Assembly: GCA_041660605.1 (NCBI GenBank)
Contig: JBAZWB010000003.1
Location: 82,680-146,679, forward strand
Direction of reading: 5' to 3'
Source of the DNA: Patescibacteria group bacterium
Lineage (GTDB): Bacteria; Patescibacteriota; Patescibacteriia; UBA10025; JAHIVO01
Length of the DNA stretch: 64,000 bases
The notes beneath the pieces were generated by a model. It saw nothing but the letters and a program-made list of their open reading frames with translations, was not told the DNA's origin and did not search any database. Both the position numbers and the translations under genes were made by a program. Below, piece by piece: positions 9,596-20,407 of the stretch. The number at the start of each line of letters is the position of its first letter. The stretch's first letter is position 1.

Positions 9596-9735
9596 GACAA
9601 AAAATTCCTCATAGCTTCCTATTTCTTCTTTTGTTAAAAATTTTAACAGCCGGGCTGGTTGTCCAAGAAAATTAAAAGCCAAACTGCCAAAAAACGGCAG
9701 CAAATCAATTCAGATAAACAATTTTCGCCCCCAGC

Positions 9736-10305
9736 TTATCTGCCCAGCAGCACCGACAGCAAAGCCAGCTCTAATATTAAAACGTAAAGTTTTTGCACCG
9801 GGGAATGGAATGGCCTGGCTTTTTTTAAATCCGCCCGGAAGGCTAGATTAGCAATAGCCCAGACTATAAAATATACTATGAAAGCAACGATATTTACGCG
9901 GAGCAGCCAGGAGTGGTATTCCAGATTAATGACATAAAGCGCCAAGTTCAAGCCAAAAACCGACAGCATCACCAGAAAGCCATGCAGTACTTGCTGAAAT
10001 TTTTCATAAGGAAAGACTATCGTGCCGATCAGGGACAGGGAACCGATAATGCCCGCGATTTGTATCAGCAGAATGTGGTTATCAACAAAATTACCGATAC
10101 TCAACCAGACGACGCTGTAGCCCAAGCCGAAAATAACCGTACCGCTGACGTTGAAAAAGCGCGAAACAAAACCATTCTTCGAATATGCCAGATCGCTGTA
10201 GTAATTCCACCAATAGCGGTAGGGCTTATAAAAAGTCGCCATGGACAGATGGGTGCCGAGAAAATATAATACTAGCGCTAAAATGCCAATGATTATTATA
10301 GCCAT
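9736..10305 (-). CDS. hypothetical polytopic membrane protein
   Basis: 189 aa and strongly hydrophobic. Confidence 0.45.
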   Translation of the reverse strand: MAIIIIGILALVLYFLGTHLSMATFYKPYRYWWNYYSDLAYSKNGFVSRFFNVSGTVIFGLGYSVVWLSIGNFVDNHILLIQIAGIIGSLSLIGTIVFPYEKFQQVLHGFLVMLSVFGLNLALYVINLEYHSWLLRVNIVAFIVYFIVWAIANLAFRADLKKARPFHSPVQKLYVLILELALLSVLLGR

Positions 10306-10318
10306 GTGAGAGTTAAAA

Positions 10319-11527
10319 TTATTTTACCAGTTTTATAAATTTACGCTTGCCAACCTGCAGCACCTTGCCGGCACCGGCCTTGATAACGGCTTGCCAATCT
10401 TTAACCAATTTCTGGTCATAACGCACGCCTCCCTGAGTGACCAGGCGGCGGGCCTCACCTTTGGATTTAGCCAGATTGGCCTCAGTAATCAATTCTATAA
10501 TGGCATACTGACTTTTTGTCGCTTTGAATTCCGGTATGCTGCTTGGCGCCTTTTTGTTTTTAAAAACCTGGTCAAACTCCGCGGCCTCAGCCTGCGCATT
10601 TTTATCGCCATGATACATCGCTACCAGCTCCTTAGCCAGTAAAAACTTATAATCACGGGGATTGGCGCCTTTTTTGATAGCCTGATCAAACTCAACAATT
10701 TTTTTCAGTGATAAATCCGTCAGCAAGGTAAAAAACTTGATAATCAGCCCGTCGGGGATGGACATCACCTTGCCGAACATATTTTGCGGAGAATCCGACA
10801 AATCTATGGTATTTCCCGTGCTTTTGCTCATTTTTTTCTGGCCATCAGTGCCTTCTAACAGCTGCACGGTCATGATATCCTGTGGCGGCTGGTCATAATG
10901 CGGCTGCAGGGTTCTGGCCGCCAGCATATTGAAAGTCTGGTCAGTGCCGCCCAGCTCCACGTCCGCCCGCAGGGCTACTGAATCATAGGCCTGCAGGATT
11001 GGATACATCATTTCATGGACCCAGAGAGGTTTTCTAAGCTGGATCCTTTTTTTAAACATATCGCGCTCCAGCATTTGATTGACGGTAAAACGGCTGGCTA
11101 CGGAAAAAAGCTCGGCAAAGTCCATATTGCCATGCCACTCGGAATTATGCCTGATTTCCACTTTTTTCAGATCCAATATCTTGCCAACCTGCTCCTTATA
11201 TAATTTCATGTTCTCCGTAATCTGTTCTTTGGTCAAAGGCTGACGCGCTGACAGGCGGTCAGAGGGATCGCCGATCTGCGCGGTAAAATCACCGATTAAA
11301 AAAATAACTTGGTGCCCCAGGTTCTGGAAAGCCTTCAATTTTCTCAGAACTACAGAGTGCCCCAAATGTATTTTTGGCGAGGTGGGATCAACTCCGAACT
11401 TGATGCGCAGCTTCTTGCCTGAGATCAATTTTTCTGATAAACTTTTCTGCACGATTACTTCTTCTACCCCCCGGGACAGAATCTCTTCAGTTAGCACTTT
11501 TTTATCCATAATTATTTTTTCCTTCAT
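10319..11527 (-). CDS. tyrS: tyrosine--tRNA ligase
   Basis: HIGH-type motif KIHLGHSV, KMSKS motif KMSKSTGN, and a C-terminal S4-like domain. Confidence 0.92.
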   Translation of the reverse strand: MKEKIIMDKKVLTEEILSRGVEEVIVQKSLSEKLISGKKLRIKFGVDPTSPKIHLGHSVVLRKLKAFQNLGHQVIFLIGDFTAQIGDPSDRLSARQPLTKEQITENMKLYKEQVGKILDLKKVEIRHNSEWHGNMDFAELFSVASRFTVNQMLERDMFKKRIQLRKPLWVHEMMYPILQAYDSVALRADVELGGTDQTFNMLAARTLQPHYDQPPQDIMTVQLLEGTDGQKKMSKSTGNTIDLSDSPQNMFGKVMSIPDGLIIKFFTLLTDLSLKKIVEFDQAIKKGANPRDYKFLLAKELVAMYHGDKNAQAEAAEFDQVFKNKKAPSSIPEFKATKSQYAIIELITEANLAKSKGEARRLVTQGGVRYDQKLVKDWQAVIKAGAGKVLQVGKRKFIKLVK

Positions 11528-11577
11528 TTATATTATAGCTTAATTCTGTTATAATAAAAAGGCTAATCTAAAACATT

Positions 11578-12474
11578 ATGGCAACTTACACGCTGGGTCT
11601 AGATGTCGGCGGCACTAAAATTCAGGCTGGCCTGGTTAACCAGCAAAATCGGATTATTGCCAGCAAGAAATTTATCATAAATAACCACAATAAAAAAACC
11701 GTGCTAACCGACATTTTGGCTAGCAGCGGCGGTTTATTTACTTCCCAGGTCAGAGGCATCGGCATCGGCATCACTGGACAGGTAAAAAACAAATCCGGCA
11801 TAGTAGTCAGCAGCCCAAACCTCCCGGCTGACTGGCATAATGTGCCTTTGAAACAGATACTAGAAAAAAGATTCAGGGTACCGGTTCATCTGGATAATGA
11901 CGCCAATTGCGTTGCCCTGGCTGAGGCGGTTGTCGGGGAAGGGAAGAAATATAATACCTGCCTGACGATAACGATCGGTACGGGGATCGGCGCGGGGCTG
12001 GTAATCAATAAAAAGATTTATCACGGCGCTCAGGGCATAATTGAATTCGGGCACACGACCATCGCCACCGGCTCGCCGGTCTGCAGCTGCGGGCGCTACG
12101 GGCACTTCGAAGCGCTGGTTTCCGGTTCAGCAGCGGTAAAAATTTATAAAAAAATCACCAAACAGACCAAAACCCCGTATCAGATAGAAGATGAAGCAGC
12201 ACACAACAAAAAAAATGCCCTGAAAGTATTTCAGCTTATGTCATGCCACCTGGCCATTGGATTGGCTAACGCGATTCACAGCTACAATCCCGATATCATC
12301 ATTCTTGGCGGCGGGATGTCGAAGGTCGGATTGCTTATTAATACCGCCATAAATTCCGTTAATGATAAAATAATATATCCGGAGTTGAAAAAAACTAAGA
12401 TTGTCGCTTCTAAGCTGAAATATCAGGCTGGCGTGATCGGTGCAGCCATTATTTGTTCTAAACAATACAGATAA
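11578..12474 (+). CDS. ROK family glucokinase
   Basis: N-terminus LGLDVGGTKIQ plus the ROK zinc motif CSCGRYGHFEA. Confidence 0.8.
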   Translation: MATYTLGLDVGGTKIQAGLVNQQNRIIASKKFIINNHNKKTVLTDILASSGGLFTSQVRGIGIGITGQVKNKSGIVVSSPNLPADWHNVPLKQILEKRFRVPVHLDNDANCVALAEAVVGEGKKYNTCLTITIGTGIGAGLVINKKIYHGAQGIIEFGHTTIATGSPVCSCGRYGHFEALVSGSAAVKIYKKITKQTKTPYQIEDEAAHNKKNALKVFQLMSCHLAIGLANAIHSYNPDIIILGGGMSKVGLLINTAINSVNDKIIYPELKKTKIVASKLKYQAGVIGAAIICSKQYR

Positions 12475-12480
12475 AATAAA

Positions 12481-15066
12481 ATGCCTATCCCCCAATTAAG
12501 AGATTCGAAGTTTCACATAAGAAAGATTGGCGAACGACTGGTAAAAAGAACCAGAGAGGGCCAAGGGAAAAAACCTTTGTTCAAGAGAATCCTTTCGCAT
12601 TGGCTGCAGATTCTGGTGGTATTTTTTTTAGTGATTGTTATCGGGATGATCGGCTTGTTTACCTGGGTCTCGCGGGACCTGCCCGATCCTAATAAAATTA
12701 TTGACCGGACTGTCGCTGAAAGCACGAAAATTTACGCTAACGACGGCAAAACTATACTATATGAAATTCACGGCCCTGAGAAAAGGACGATTATTCAGCT
12801 TGAGAACATTCCCGCCTACATGAAAGACGCCACTATTGCCGTTGAAGACAAGGATTTCTTCAAGCATGGCGGTTTCGACATCCCGGCCATCGGCATGGCC
12901 CTCTGCCATGAAGCATTCGGCAACCTGGGAGGACTGTGCCCTCCCCGCGGCGGCTCTACCATTACCCAGCAATTCGTTAAAAACGCGATACTCACTTCAG
13001 AACACTCATACACAAGAAAAATCAAAGAAATTATTTTGTCTTACCAGCTGGAAAAAAAATTTAGCAAAGATCAGATCCTGCAGCTATATTTAAATGAAAT
13101 ACCCTACGGTTCAACCGCCTACGGAGTTGAGGCGGCGTCCCAGACATTTCTTGGTAAATCGGCGAAAGATTTAACTCTGTCTGAGTCAGCTTTTCTGGCT
13201 GCCCTGCCTCAGCTGCCCACCTACTATTCACCGTTCGGCACGCATACTGACGAACTTTCCAACCGGCTGCATTTGATATTGGACCTCATGGTAACTCAGG
13301 GCTATATCACCAGAGACCAGGCCGATGAAGCAAAGAAGGACAACATTTTAGAGCGCCTTAAGCCTCCGAGTGAAAGCTTGCTGGCGCCGCACTTCGTGAT
13401 GTACGTGCGCGAGCTGCTCAGCGAAAAATATGGAGAAACCGTACTGGAGCAAGGCGGACTGAAAGTTACTACCACGCTGAATATTGATAAGCAGAGGATT
13501 GCCGAGGAAGTAGTGACAAAATACGCTGATAAAAATGCGACAAATTACAAAGCCAGCAATGCCGCCCTAGTTTCTCTGGATACAAAAACCGGCCAGATTT
13601 TAGCCATGGTCGGATCCAAGGATTATAACGACGAAAGCATAGACGGCAACGTAAATGTCGTTTTAAGGCCGCGGCAGCCCGGCTCTTCCTTCAAGCCGAT
13701 AGTCTATCTCACTGCTTTCCAAAAAGGCTATACTGCCGATACGATTCTCTTTGATCTGGTAACCAGATTCAAAACAGATACCAAAGATTACACGCCAAAA
13801 AATTATGATTTGAAAGAACACGGGCCCGTAACCATGCGCCAGGCCCTGGCCGGATCACTGAATATCCCGGCCGTGAAAACTCTTTATTTAGCCGGCATTG
13901 ATACTGTCATTGATACGGCGGAAAAGCTCGGCTATTCAACTTTTTCAGACCGCAGCCGCTTTGGCCTGTCCTTAGTGCTAGGCGGCGGCGAAGTGACGCT
14001 CTTAGACCATACTTCCGCCTATGCCACCTTTGCCAGAGAGGGAATCAGAAATCCGGTTACCGCCATTCTGAAAGTCGAGGATAAAAACGGAAAAATTCTG
14101 GAAGAATATAAAAACCACGAGGAAAGGGTAATAGACGAAAAGCCGGTCAGATTATTAAACAACATACTCTCAGACAATGGCGCGCGTGCCTACATTTTCG
14201 GAGCGGCCAACCACCTGACCCTTCCTGACCGCCCGGTCGCCGCCAAAACTGGCACTACCAATGACTATCATGACGCCTGGACTATCGGCTATACTCCGTC
14301 AATCGCCACCGGCGTATGGGTGGGCAATAACAATAATTCTGAAATGACGCGCGGTGCAGACGGCTCGGTGGTGGCAGCGCCTATCTGGCAGGAATACATG
14401 AAACGCACTGTCGGCGGTCCAGCAGAGCCATTCAAACAGCCTGATGCCAATAATTCCGAAAAACCGATACTGCGCGGAAACTATGGCGAAGGAGTAACCG
14501 TCAAAATTGACAAGACCACAGGCAAGACAATCCCCGATTCCTGCCTAAGCACTTACCCGGCTGAATTCATCCAGGAAAAAACTCTTAAGATTGCCCACGA
14601 TATCCTTTTCTATGTTGATAAGGATAACCCTCAGGGACCAGTCCCGGATGACCCTGCCAAGGATCCGCAGTTTGCCAATTGGGAAGAGCCTGTCCAAAAA
14701 TGGGCCAAGGAAAACGGCTACATAGACACGAAACCGCCTCAAGGCGACTGCAGCCTTCGAGCTAAGGAAAATTTTCCCGCCGTAGAATTTATTCAGCCGG
14801 CTAACGGTGCCACTATTAACACGCCGACTTTCACCATTGACTCTGCGCCAGCGCCTAAAACCGGCCATTATGTAAATAAGGTTGAATACTATCTTGATGG
14901 CAATCTGATCAAGACATTGACTAAGGTGCCGTTTACCGTCCATTATACTGCCACGGGATTACAAAACGGGTTTCATGATTTGGAGGTTAAAGTTTATGAT
15001 GAAGTTGGCAACCACGGATCCAGCAAAATCACCTTCAACTACCTGGTACCGGAAGCTGCACAATAA
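12481..15066 (+). CDS. penicillin-binding protein 1A (transglycosylase/transpeptidase)
   Basis: Has the GT51 motif EDKDFFKHGG and the transpeptidase motif SGSSFKP. N-terminal TM helix. 861 aa. Confidence 0.85.
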   Translation: MPIPQLRDSKFHIRKIGERLVKRTREGQGKKPLFKRILSHWLQILVVFFLVIVIGMIGLFTWVSRDLPDPNKIIDRTVAESTKIYANDGKTILYEIHGPEKRTIIQLENIPAYMKDATIAVEDKDFFKHGGFDIPAIGMALCHEAFGNLGGLCPPRGGSTITQQFVKNAILTSEHSYTRKIKEIILSYQLEKKFSKDQILQLYLNEIPYGSTAYGVEAASQTFLGKSAKDLTLSESAFLAALPQLPTYYSPFGTHTDELSNRLHLILDLMVTQGYITRDQADEAKKDNILERLKPPSESLLAPHFVMYVRELLSEKYGETVLEQGGLKVTTTLNIDKQRIAEEVVTKYADKNATNYKASNAALVSLDTKTGQILAMVGSKDYNDESIDGNVNVVLRPRQPGSSFKPIVYLTAFQKGYTADTILFDLVTRFKTDTKDYTPKNYDLKEHGPVTMRQALAGSLNIPAVKTLYLAGIDTVIDTAEKLGYSTFSDRSRFGLSLVLGGGEVTLLDHTSAYATFAREGIRNPVTAILKVEDKNGKILEEYKNHEERVIDEKPVRLLNNILSDNGARAYIFGAANHLTLPDRPVAAKTGTTNDYHDAWTIGYTPSIATGVWVGNNNNSEMTRGADGSVVAAPIWQEYMKRTVGGPAEPFKQPDANNSEKPILRGNYGEGVTVKIDKTTGKTIPDSCLSTYPAEFIQEKTLKIAHDILFYVDKDNPQGPVPDDPAKDPQFANWEEPVQKWAKENGYIDTKPPQGDCSLRAKENFPAVEFIQPANGATINTPTFTIDSAPAPKTGHYVNKVEYYLDGNLIKTLTKVPFTVHYTATGLQNGFHDLEVKVYDEVGNHGSSKITFNYLVPEAAQ

Positions 15067-15119
15067 AATAATTTAAATAAAAAACGGGGTTGAAATTAAT
15101 CCCGTTTTTTTATAATCAA

Positions 15120-16226
15120 TTACTGCTTGATCGGCATTATTATATACACGTAAGTATTGTCACTTTTCGGCCGCAGCAGTCCAGGCGTGGTATTGCTGCT
15201 CATTTCAAAAACGCATTCTTCGTCATTAATATTCTGCAGCCCATCAAGCAGATAACGGTAGTTAAAAATAATATTATTATCTTCGCCTTCCAGATCAGCC
15301 TCCTGTCTGGCTTCGCTTTCGCCTATCTGTAAATTATTGGCAGTCACTAATACCTCTTTTGCCCCAACGCTTAATTTCAGCATAATATCGTTACCGCCCG
15401 GCTTGCAAAAAAGGCTCGCTCTCTTAACCGTGTTAATGAAACTTTTCGTGTTCACTACCGCGCTAGTCCGGTGTTCCTTGGGAATAATTTGCTGATAATC
15501 GGGATATTTGCCTTCAATAATTCTCGAGGATAAATTGCATTCCCCAAAAGAAAATAAAATCTGATTCTCATTGACGGAAATAGTCACAGACTCTCCTTCC
15601 TCGCTGCCCAGAATCCTGATTAACTCCTGTATGGTACGCAGGGGAACAATGGCATTGTAAGGCTGGCTAACGTTTTTTCCCAGATCGATTTCCTTCTCCG
15701 CCAAACGGTAACTGTCGGTTGAAACCAGGGTAAGCTTATTGTCCGCAAATTGGAAATAGACCCCGCTGATTTCCGGGCGCGTTTCATCGATAGCCACAGC
15801 AAAAGAAACGGTCGATAAGGCGTCTTTCAACTGTTTTGTTTTGATCTGATAATTGCTGGCGGAAGCAACCTCGGGAATAAGAGGAAATTCTGAAGATTCC
15901 ACCCCTTTCATAACCGTTTTTGAGCCTTTTCCCTCGATTTTTAGGCTTTGATTATCCAATTCAATCGCCACGTTTTCTTTTGGCAGTAGGCTGATATAGT
16001 CGCTTAATGTTTTTGCCTGCACGGTGAACGACCCTTCTCTTTCTACCTTCCCCCTGACTTTACAAATAACGCCAATTTCCAGATTTGTGGTCATTAAAAT
16101 AATGCCTCCCTTTTCAGCTTTAATTAAAACGTTGTTTAAAATTGGCAGGGAAATATTTTTACTGGCAATATGACTGACGAGCTGCAGCCCCCTGTTTAAA
16201 TTTTCCTGTGTACATATTACTTTCAT
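15120..16226 (-). CDS. dnaN: DNA polymerase III beta sliding clamp
   Basis: 368 aa, N-terminus MKVICTQENLNRGLQ, positioned directly downstream of dnaA. Confidence 0.9.
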   Translation of the reverse strand: MKVICTQENLNRGLQLVSHIASKNISLPILNNVLIKAEKGGIILMTTNLEIGVICKVRGKVEREGSFTVQAKTLSDYISLLPKENVAIELDNQSLKIEGKGSKTVMKGVESSEFPLIPEVASASNYQIKTKQLKDALSTVSFAVAIDETRPEISGVYFQFADNKLTLVSTDSYRLAEKEIDLGKNVSQPYNAIVPLRTIQELIRILGSEEGESVTISVNENQILFSFGECNLSSRIIEGKYPDYQQIIPKEHRTSAVVNTKSFINTVKRASLFCKPGGNDIMLKLSVGAKEVLVTANNLQIGESEARQEADLEGEDNNIIFNYRYLLDGLQNINDEECVFEMSSNTTPGLLRPKSDNTYVYIIMPIKQ

Positions 16227-16490
16227 ATTTATTTATTTATTAAATTAACTATATATATAGTAACGGAGTGGATAAGTGGAAAAGTTTTTTTAATGTTGCT
16301 TTTGGCTCGATGAAGCTTGGGTATAGTGAAGGAGTAAATTTATTTACAGTGTGGAGGAATCCTTAAGTGGGAGCTGGTTAGCGGTGGATCAATTGGGAGT
16401 AATTTTATTATTTTTTTCGTGTTGAATATATTTTATGGAAATATGCGCTTATGCTCCACATCTTTTACCAGCCTTATCCCCAAGCTAAAT
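16227..16490. other. candidate oriC segment (dnaA-dnaN intergenic, AT-rich with DnaA-box-like 9-mers)
   Basis: AGTGGATAA at 16267-16275 matches 8 of 9 of the TGTGGATAA consensus. GGTGGATCA at about 16383. AT-rich tracts. Confidence 0.4.
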
Positions 16491-17858
16491 TTATTTATTA
16501 TATAGGCGTTCCCGTATCAGGTTTATATCCTGTCTGATCTTTTCGTCTTCCTCAATGGCTTTTTTAATTTTCTGGCAGGCATGCATAGCTGTAGTGTGGT
16601 CCCGGCCGCCTAATTCCAGGCCGATAGCCGGGAAAGAGCATTTTGCTTCTTCGCGCATCAGAAACATAATAATCTGTCGCGGGGTAACCAGCTCCTTTTT
16701 GCGCCCGCTGCCCAGCAAGTTTTCTATAGAAGTATCAAAAAATTCAGAAACCGTAGAAATTATTTGTTTGGTAGTGATAGCGCCGTCTCTTTTGCGGTAG
16801 TTATTTAAGCTGGAAATTATATTTTTAACGGATTCCACGGTCGGCTCGGTTTTATTCAGCTGGTGGTAGGCAATAATCCTGTTCAGGGCGCCCTCAAGCT
16901 CGCGTACGTTGCTCTGGATGGAGCTGGCGATCAAAGCCATCACTTCCCTGGATAATCCGCATTTTTTCTCCTCGCATTTTGAGTTTAAGATAGCCACCCT
17001 GGTCTCGTAATCCGGCTGAGCGACATCGGCGATCATGCCCCATTCGAAACGGGAAATAAGCCTGTTTTCCAGAGCGGGAATGGCTTTAGGAGGGCGGTCG
17101 GAGCTTATGACTATCTGTTTGTTTTGCTGATGCAGGGCGTTGAAAGTATGGAAAAACTCTTCCTGAGTGCCCTCTTTCCCGGCCAGGAACTGGATGTCGT
17201 CAATCAATAGGAGGTCGGCCGCCCGATAAAAATCCTTGAAACTATTGGCGTTTCCCCGGGTAATGGCCCGGATAAATTCATCAGTGAATTTTTCGCACGT
17301 TACGTAAATTACTTTTTTATTTGGGGATTTTTTCAGCACTTCGTGGGCTACGGCCTGCAATAAATGGGTTTTTCCCAGCCCAGCTCCGCCGTATAAAAAT
17401 AGGGGGTTATAGACTTCACCCGGCTTCTGCGCTACTGCCTGGCAGGCGGCATGAGCCAGTTCATTACCCTTGCCAACCACAAAATTTTCAAAGGTGTACT
17501 GGCTGATCAGCCCGAAACCATTTTTCTTCCCGCCGTTTATTTCCGGAACTGCTGTGATTTGCTGAACAGGTTGGCCGGCGCTTATTTTTTCGTGAGAAAC
17601 TGGTTTTTTTGAAGATTCGACTATGTATGATATTTCTTTGACTTTATGGTCGGAAATATTATCGAGCGCCTTGGCTATTTCCTTATGGTATTTATTTTCC
17701 AGCCAGGTTTTGGTAAATGAATTTGGGGCGCCAATTACAACATTATCTCCTTCATACGAAGAGATGAAAGTATTTTTGAACCAGGTAGTGAAATTTGCCT
17801 TGCTAATCGAGAGTTCAAGTTCTCCTAATGCCGCCTGCCACAATTGTTCTTTGTCCAT
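16491..17858 (-). CDS. dnaA: chromosomal replication initiator DnaA
   Basis: Walker A GGAGLGKTHLL, AAA+ domain, C-terminal DNA-binding helix. 455 aa. Confidence 0.92.
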   Translation of the reverse strand: MDKEQLWQAALGELELSISKANFTTWFKNTFISSYEGDNVVIGAPNSFTKTWLENKYHKEIAKALDNISDHKVKEISYIVESSKKPVSHEKISAGQPVQQITAVPEINGGKKNGFGLISQYTFENFVVGKGNELAHAACQAVAQKPGEVYNPLFLYGGAGLGKTHLLQAVAHEVLKKSPNKKVIYVTCEKFTDEFIRAITRGNANSFKDFYRAADLLLIDDIQFLAGKEGTQEEFFHTFNALHQQNKQIVISSDRPPKAIPALENRLISRFEWGMIADVAQPDYETRVAILNSKCEEKKCGLSREVMALIASSIQSNVRELEGALNRIIAYHQLNKTEPTVESVKNIISSLNNYRKRDGAITTKQIISTVSEFFDTSIENLLGSGRKKELVTPRQIIMFLMREEAKCSFPAIGLELGGRDHTTAMHACQKIKKAIEEDEKIRQDINLIRERLYNK

Positions 17859-18056
17859 AAAATACGCAGTGAAAAATAAAGCGTACTATATATAGTATCA
17901 CAAATATTATTAATACAGAACACTTAATGTGTAGATTGTTTGTGCATAAGCTGTTGATAGCATGAGGACAATTCTTTTTGATTGACCTTAGGCGGATTAA
18001 TTGATATACTGGAGTAACTTCAAGCAATGGTTTTTTAGTATTCATTTTTGTAATAT

Positions 18057-18194
18057 ATGCCAAAAAGAACGTATCAGCCGAAGAAAAGACACAGACAGAG
18101 GGTCCATGGATTTAGGAAGAGGATGCGCACTAAAAATGGGCGGAAAGTGCTGGCCAGGAGAAGGAAAAGAGGACGCCGAATGCTTTCGCACTAA
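18057..18194 (+). CDS. rpmH: 50S ribosomal protein L34
   Basis: Hand-translated, not in the ORF track: [45 protein letters not shown]. Confidence 0.9.
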   Translation: MPKRTYQPKKRHRQRVHGFRKRMRTKNGRKVLARRRKRGRRMLSH

Positions 18195-18198
18195 ATTT

Positions 18199-18543
18199 AT
18201 GCTACGCCGGCAATTTAGGATTACCAAAGAGGAGGACTGGGCCAGGCTGCATCGTTATGGCCGGACGGCGTTTTCACCGCAGTTAATATTGAAAATTTTG
18301 AAAAATCGTCTTCCGGAATCCCGTTTTGGCTTTTCTATCAGCACAAAAACAGTAAAGAAAGCGACTAAACGAAACCGCCTGAAACGCCAGCTGCGCGCCA
18401 ACATTGAAAATATGCGGACGAAGATTGTGCCCGGCTATGACGTTATTTTTATTATCAGGCCGGCGCTGCAGGAGTTGAGGCAGGCGGAGTTTCGTGATTT
18501 TTTGCTAAAATTGCTTAAAAAAGCCAGATTAATAGAACCCTAG
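18199..18543 (+). CDS. rnpA: ribonuclease P protein component
   Basis: FGFSISTKTVKKATKRNRLKRQLR is the RnpA signature. Trimmed to the ATG after the rpmH stop. Confidence 0.85.
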   Translation: MLRRQFRITKEEDWARLHRYGRTAFSPQLILKILKNRLPESRFGFSISTKTVKKATKRNRLKRQLRANIENMRTKIVPGYDVIFIIRPALQELRQAEFRDFLLKLLKKARLIEP

Positions 18544-18544
18544 A

Positions 18545-18784
18545 ATGATAAATAAAATATTTTTAGCCATCATCAGAGTTTATCAAAAAACGATTTCGCC
18601 GGATCATGGAATTTTTGCCTATAAGCACCCATACGGTTACTGCCGCTTCCAGCCGACCTGCTCAGAATATGCATACCAGGCTATAGAAAAATATGGCTTG
18701 ATTAAGGGCTTTTTTCTCGCTACCAAACGGGTTTTAAAATGCAATCCATTTAATAAAAATATCGGAGTTGATCAATTAAAATAA
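18545..18784 (+). CDS. yidD: membrane protein insertion efficiency factor YidD
   Basis: 79 aa with conserved cysteines and Y..C..GYD-like pattern. Canonical position after rnpA. Confidence 0.8.
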   Translation: MINKIFLAIIRVYQKTISPDHGIFAYKHPYGYCRFQPTCSEYAYQAIEKYGLIKGFFLATKRVLKCNPFNKNIGVDQLK

Positions 18785-19557
18785 TGATAAGTAATATTTA
18801 TAATTTGGTATTATTTGAGCCACTTTTCAATGGCTTGGTTTTTATTTACAATTTCATTCCGGACTTAGGAGTGGCGATAATAATTTTAACCTTAATTATC
18901 AAGGTAATATTATACTTCCCTTCCCGCTCTTCAATCAAATCCCAGAAATTACTGCAACAGGCCCAGCCGAAGCTCAAAATTCTGCAGGATAAATTTAAAA
19001 ATAATAAAGAAGAGCTGGGACGCCAGATGATGAAATTTTATAAGGAAAACAAGGTAAATCCGTTCTCCTCATGCCTGCCATTGCTCATACAATTGCCGAT
19101 TTTAATCGCCCTTTACCGGGTTTTTCTGGTAGCCGCCCAGACAGACGCCACCACCCATATTCTGGTCATAGATCAGCTGAAGCATTTGTATGAACCCCTG
19201 AGAAATATTTTCACTACCAAGGCGATAAACCCCACTTTTTTGGGGATTTTTGACCTTTCACAGAGTAAAAATTATCTGTTTGCCATATTAGCCGGCGCGG
19301 CGCAATTCTGGCAGACCAGAATGCTACAGGCAAAAATGCCTCCGAAACTGCCTGGTGCCAAGGATGAGAGCATGACGGCGGGCATAAACAAGCAAATGAT
19401 GTATTTTATGCCCATCATTACCGTATTTTTTGGCATTCAATTCCCCGCCGGTCTGACCCTTTACTGGCTGGTTTCCACGTTATTTACGGTGGCTCAGCAG
19501 TACTATATATTCAAGAAAGAAAATGATAAAAAGGATAAGGAAGTCGTTTCCCCATGA
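18784..19557 (+). CDS. yidC: membrane protein insertase YidC (short form)
   Basis: Oxa1-family hydrophobic core and a lysine-rich C-terminal tail. Synteny with rnpA-yidD. Confidence 0.85.
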   Translation: MISNIYNLVLFEPLFNGLVFIYNFIPDLGVAIIILTLIIKVILYFPSRSSIKSQKLLQQAQPKLKILQDKFKNNKEELGRQMMKFYKENKVNPFSSCLPLLIQLPILIALYRVFLVAAQTDATTHILVIDQLKHLYEPLRNIFTTKAINPTFLGIFDLSQSKNYLFAILAGAAQFWQTRMLQAKMPPKLPGAKDESMTAGINKQMMYFMPIITVFFGIQFPAGLTLYWLVSTLFTVAQQYYIFKKENDKKDKEVVSP

Positions 19558-19838
19558 GAATTTCCAAAGGAGATTTAATCGGATTGCCTGCCTATACTCT
19601 GTCAGAAAATTTTCTTGGCAAGGTCAGCGATTTCGACCTTGATCCGGTTTCGCATTTTATTACGCATTATCATATTAAGAGCGGCGATTTGATAAAGGGA
19701 TTGTTAAATCAGGAACTGCTGGTGGCCAAGGATCAGGTACTCTCTATTTCTAAGGAAAAAATGGTGGTAGAAGACAGTATAATTGAAAGTCAAGAAGCAA
19801 AAAAGCAGGTCCTGGAAAAACCCTTGGCGGCTAATTAA
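19554..19838 (+). CDS. hypothetical protein, possibly PRC-barrel-like
   Basis: 94 aa. Sits in the position usually held by jag but lacks KH/R3H motifs. Confidence 0.35.
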   Translation: MRISKGDLIGLPAYTLSENFLGKVSDFDLDPVSHFITHYHIKSGDLIKGLLNQELLVAKDQVLSISKEKMVVEDSIIESQEAKKQVLEKPLAAN

Positions 19839-19859
19839 ATTTTTTTTGAAAACATAGAT

Positions 19860-20300
19860 TTATTCGCTATGTTTTTTTGTTATTTTTATTTTTCTGATGT
19901 TTTTATCAATGAAGAAAAAATTCAGCCATGTTTTTTCGTAGGGCTTTAATATTTTTTCAATGCGGTCCGCCCATTCAATGACAGTCACGGTATCCCGCCG
20001 CCCCAGGTACTCAGCCAACCCGGCTTCAATGATTTCCCCCGGTCTTTTCAGCCGATAGGCATCCACATGGCAGAAATATCTTATCAATTGACGTTTTAAA
20101 GGATGAATCTTCATTAAAACGAAACTAGGGCTGGAAATCAGATTTTTTACGCCTAAACCCCTGGCAAAGCCCTTGGTAAAACAGGTTTTTCCGCCACCCA
20201 GATCGCCAACCAGAGCGAATATTTCGCCAGCTTTAGTTTTTTTTGCTAATTTTAGCCCTAATTTTTGGGTATCTGCGGCTGATGTTGTGGTTATGGTCAT
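19860..20300 (-). CDS. tsaE: tRNA threonylcarbamoyladenosine biosynthesis ATPase TsaE
   Basis: P-loop GDLGGGKT and YjeE family length (146 aa). Confidence 0.8.
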   Translation of the reverse strand: MTITTTSAADTQKLGLKLAKKTKAGEIFALVGDLGGGKTCFTKGFARGLGVKNLISSPSFVLMKIHPLKRQLIRYFCHVDAYRLKRPGEIIEAGLAEYLGRRDTVTVIEWADRIEKILKPYEKTWLNFFFIDKNIRKIKITKKHSE

Positions 20301-20407
20301 ATCATTATTTTACTTAATAATTCGCTGTCCGCCAACCTTGACAGACAAATACCCATCTTGTATACTAATTTATTCAACTTAAAATTTTTTTATCGTTTTG
20401 TTTAAAT

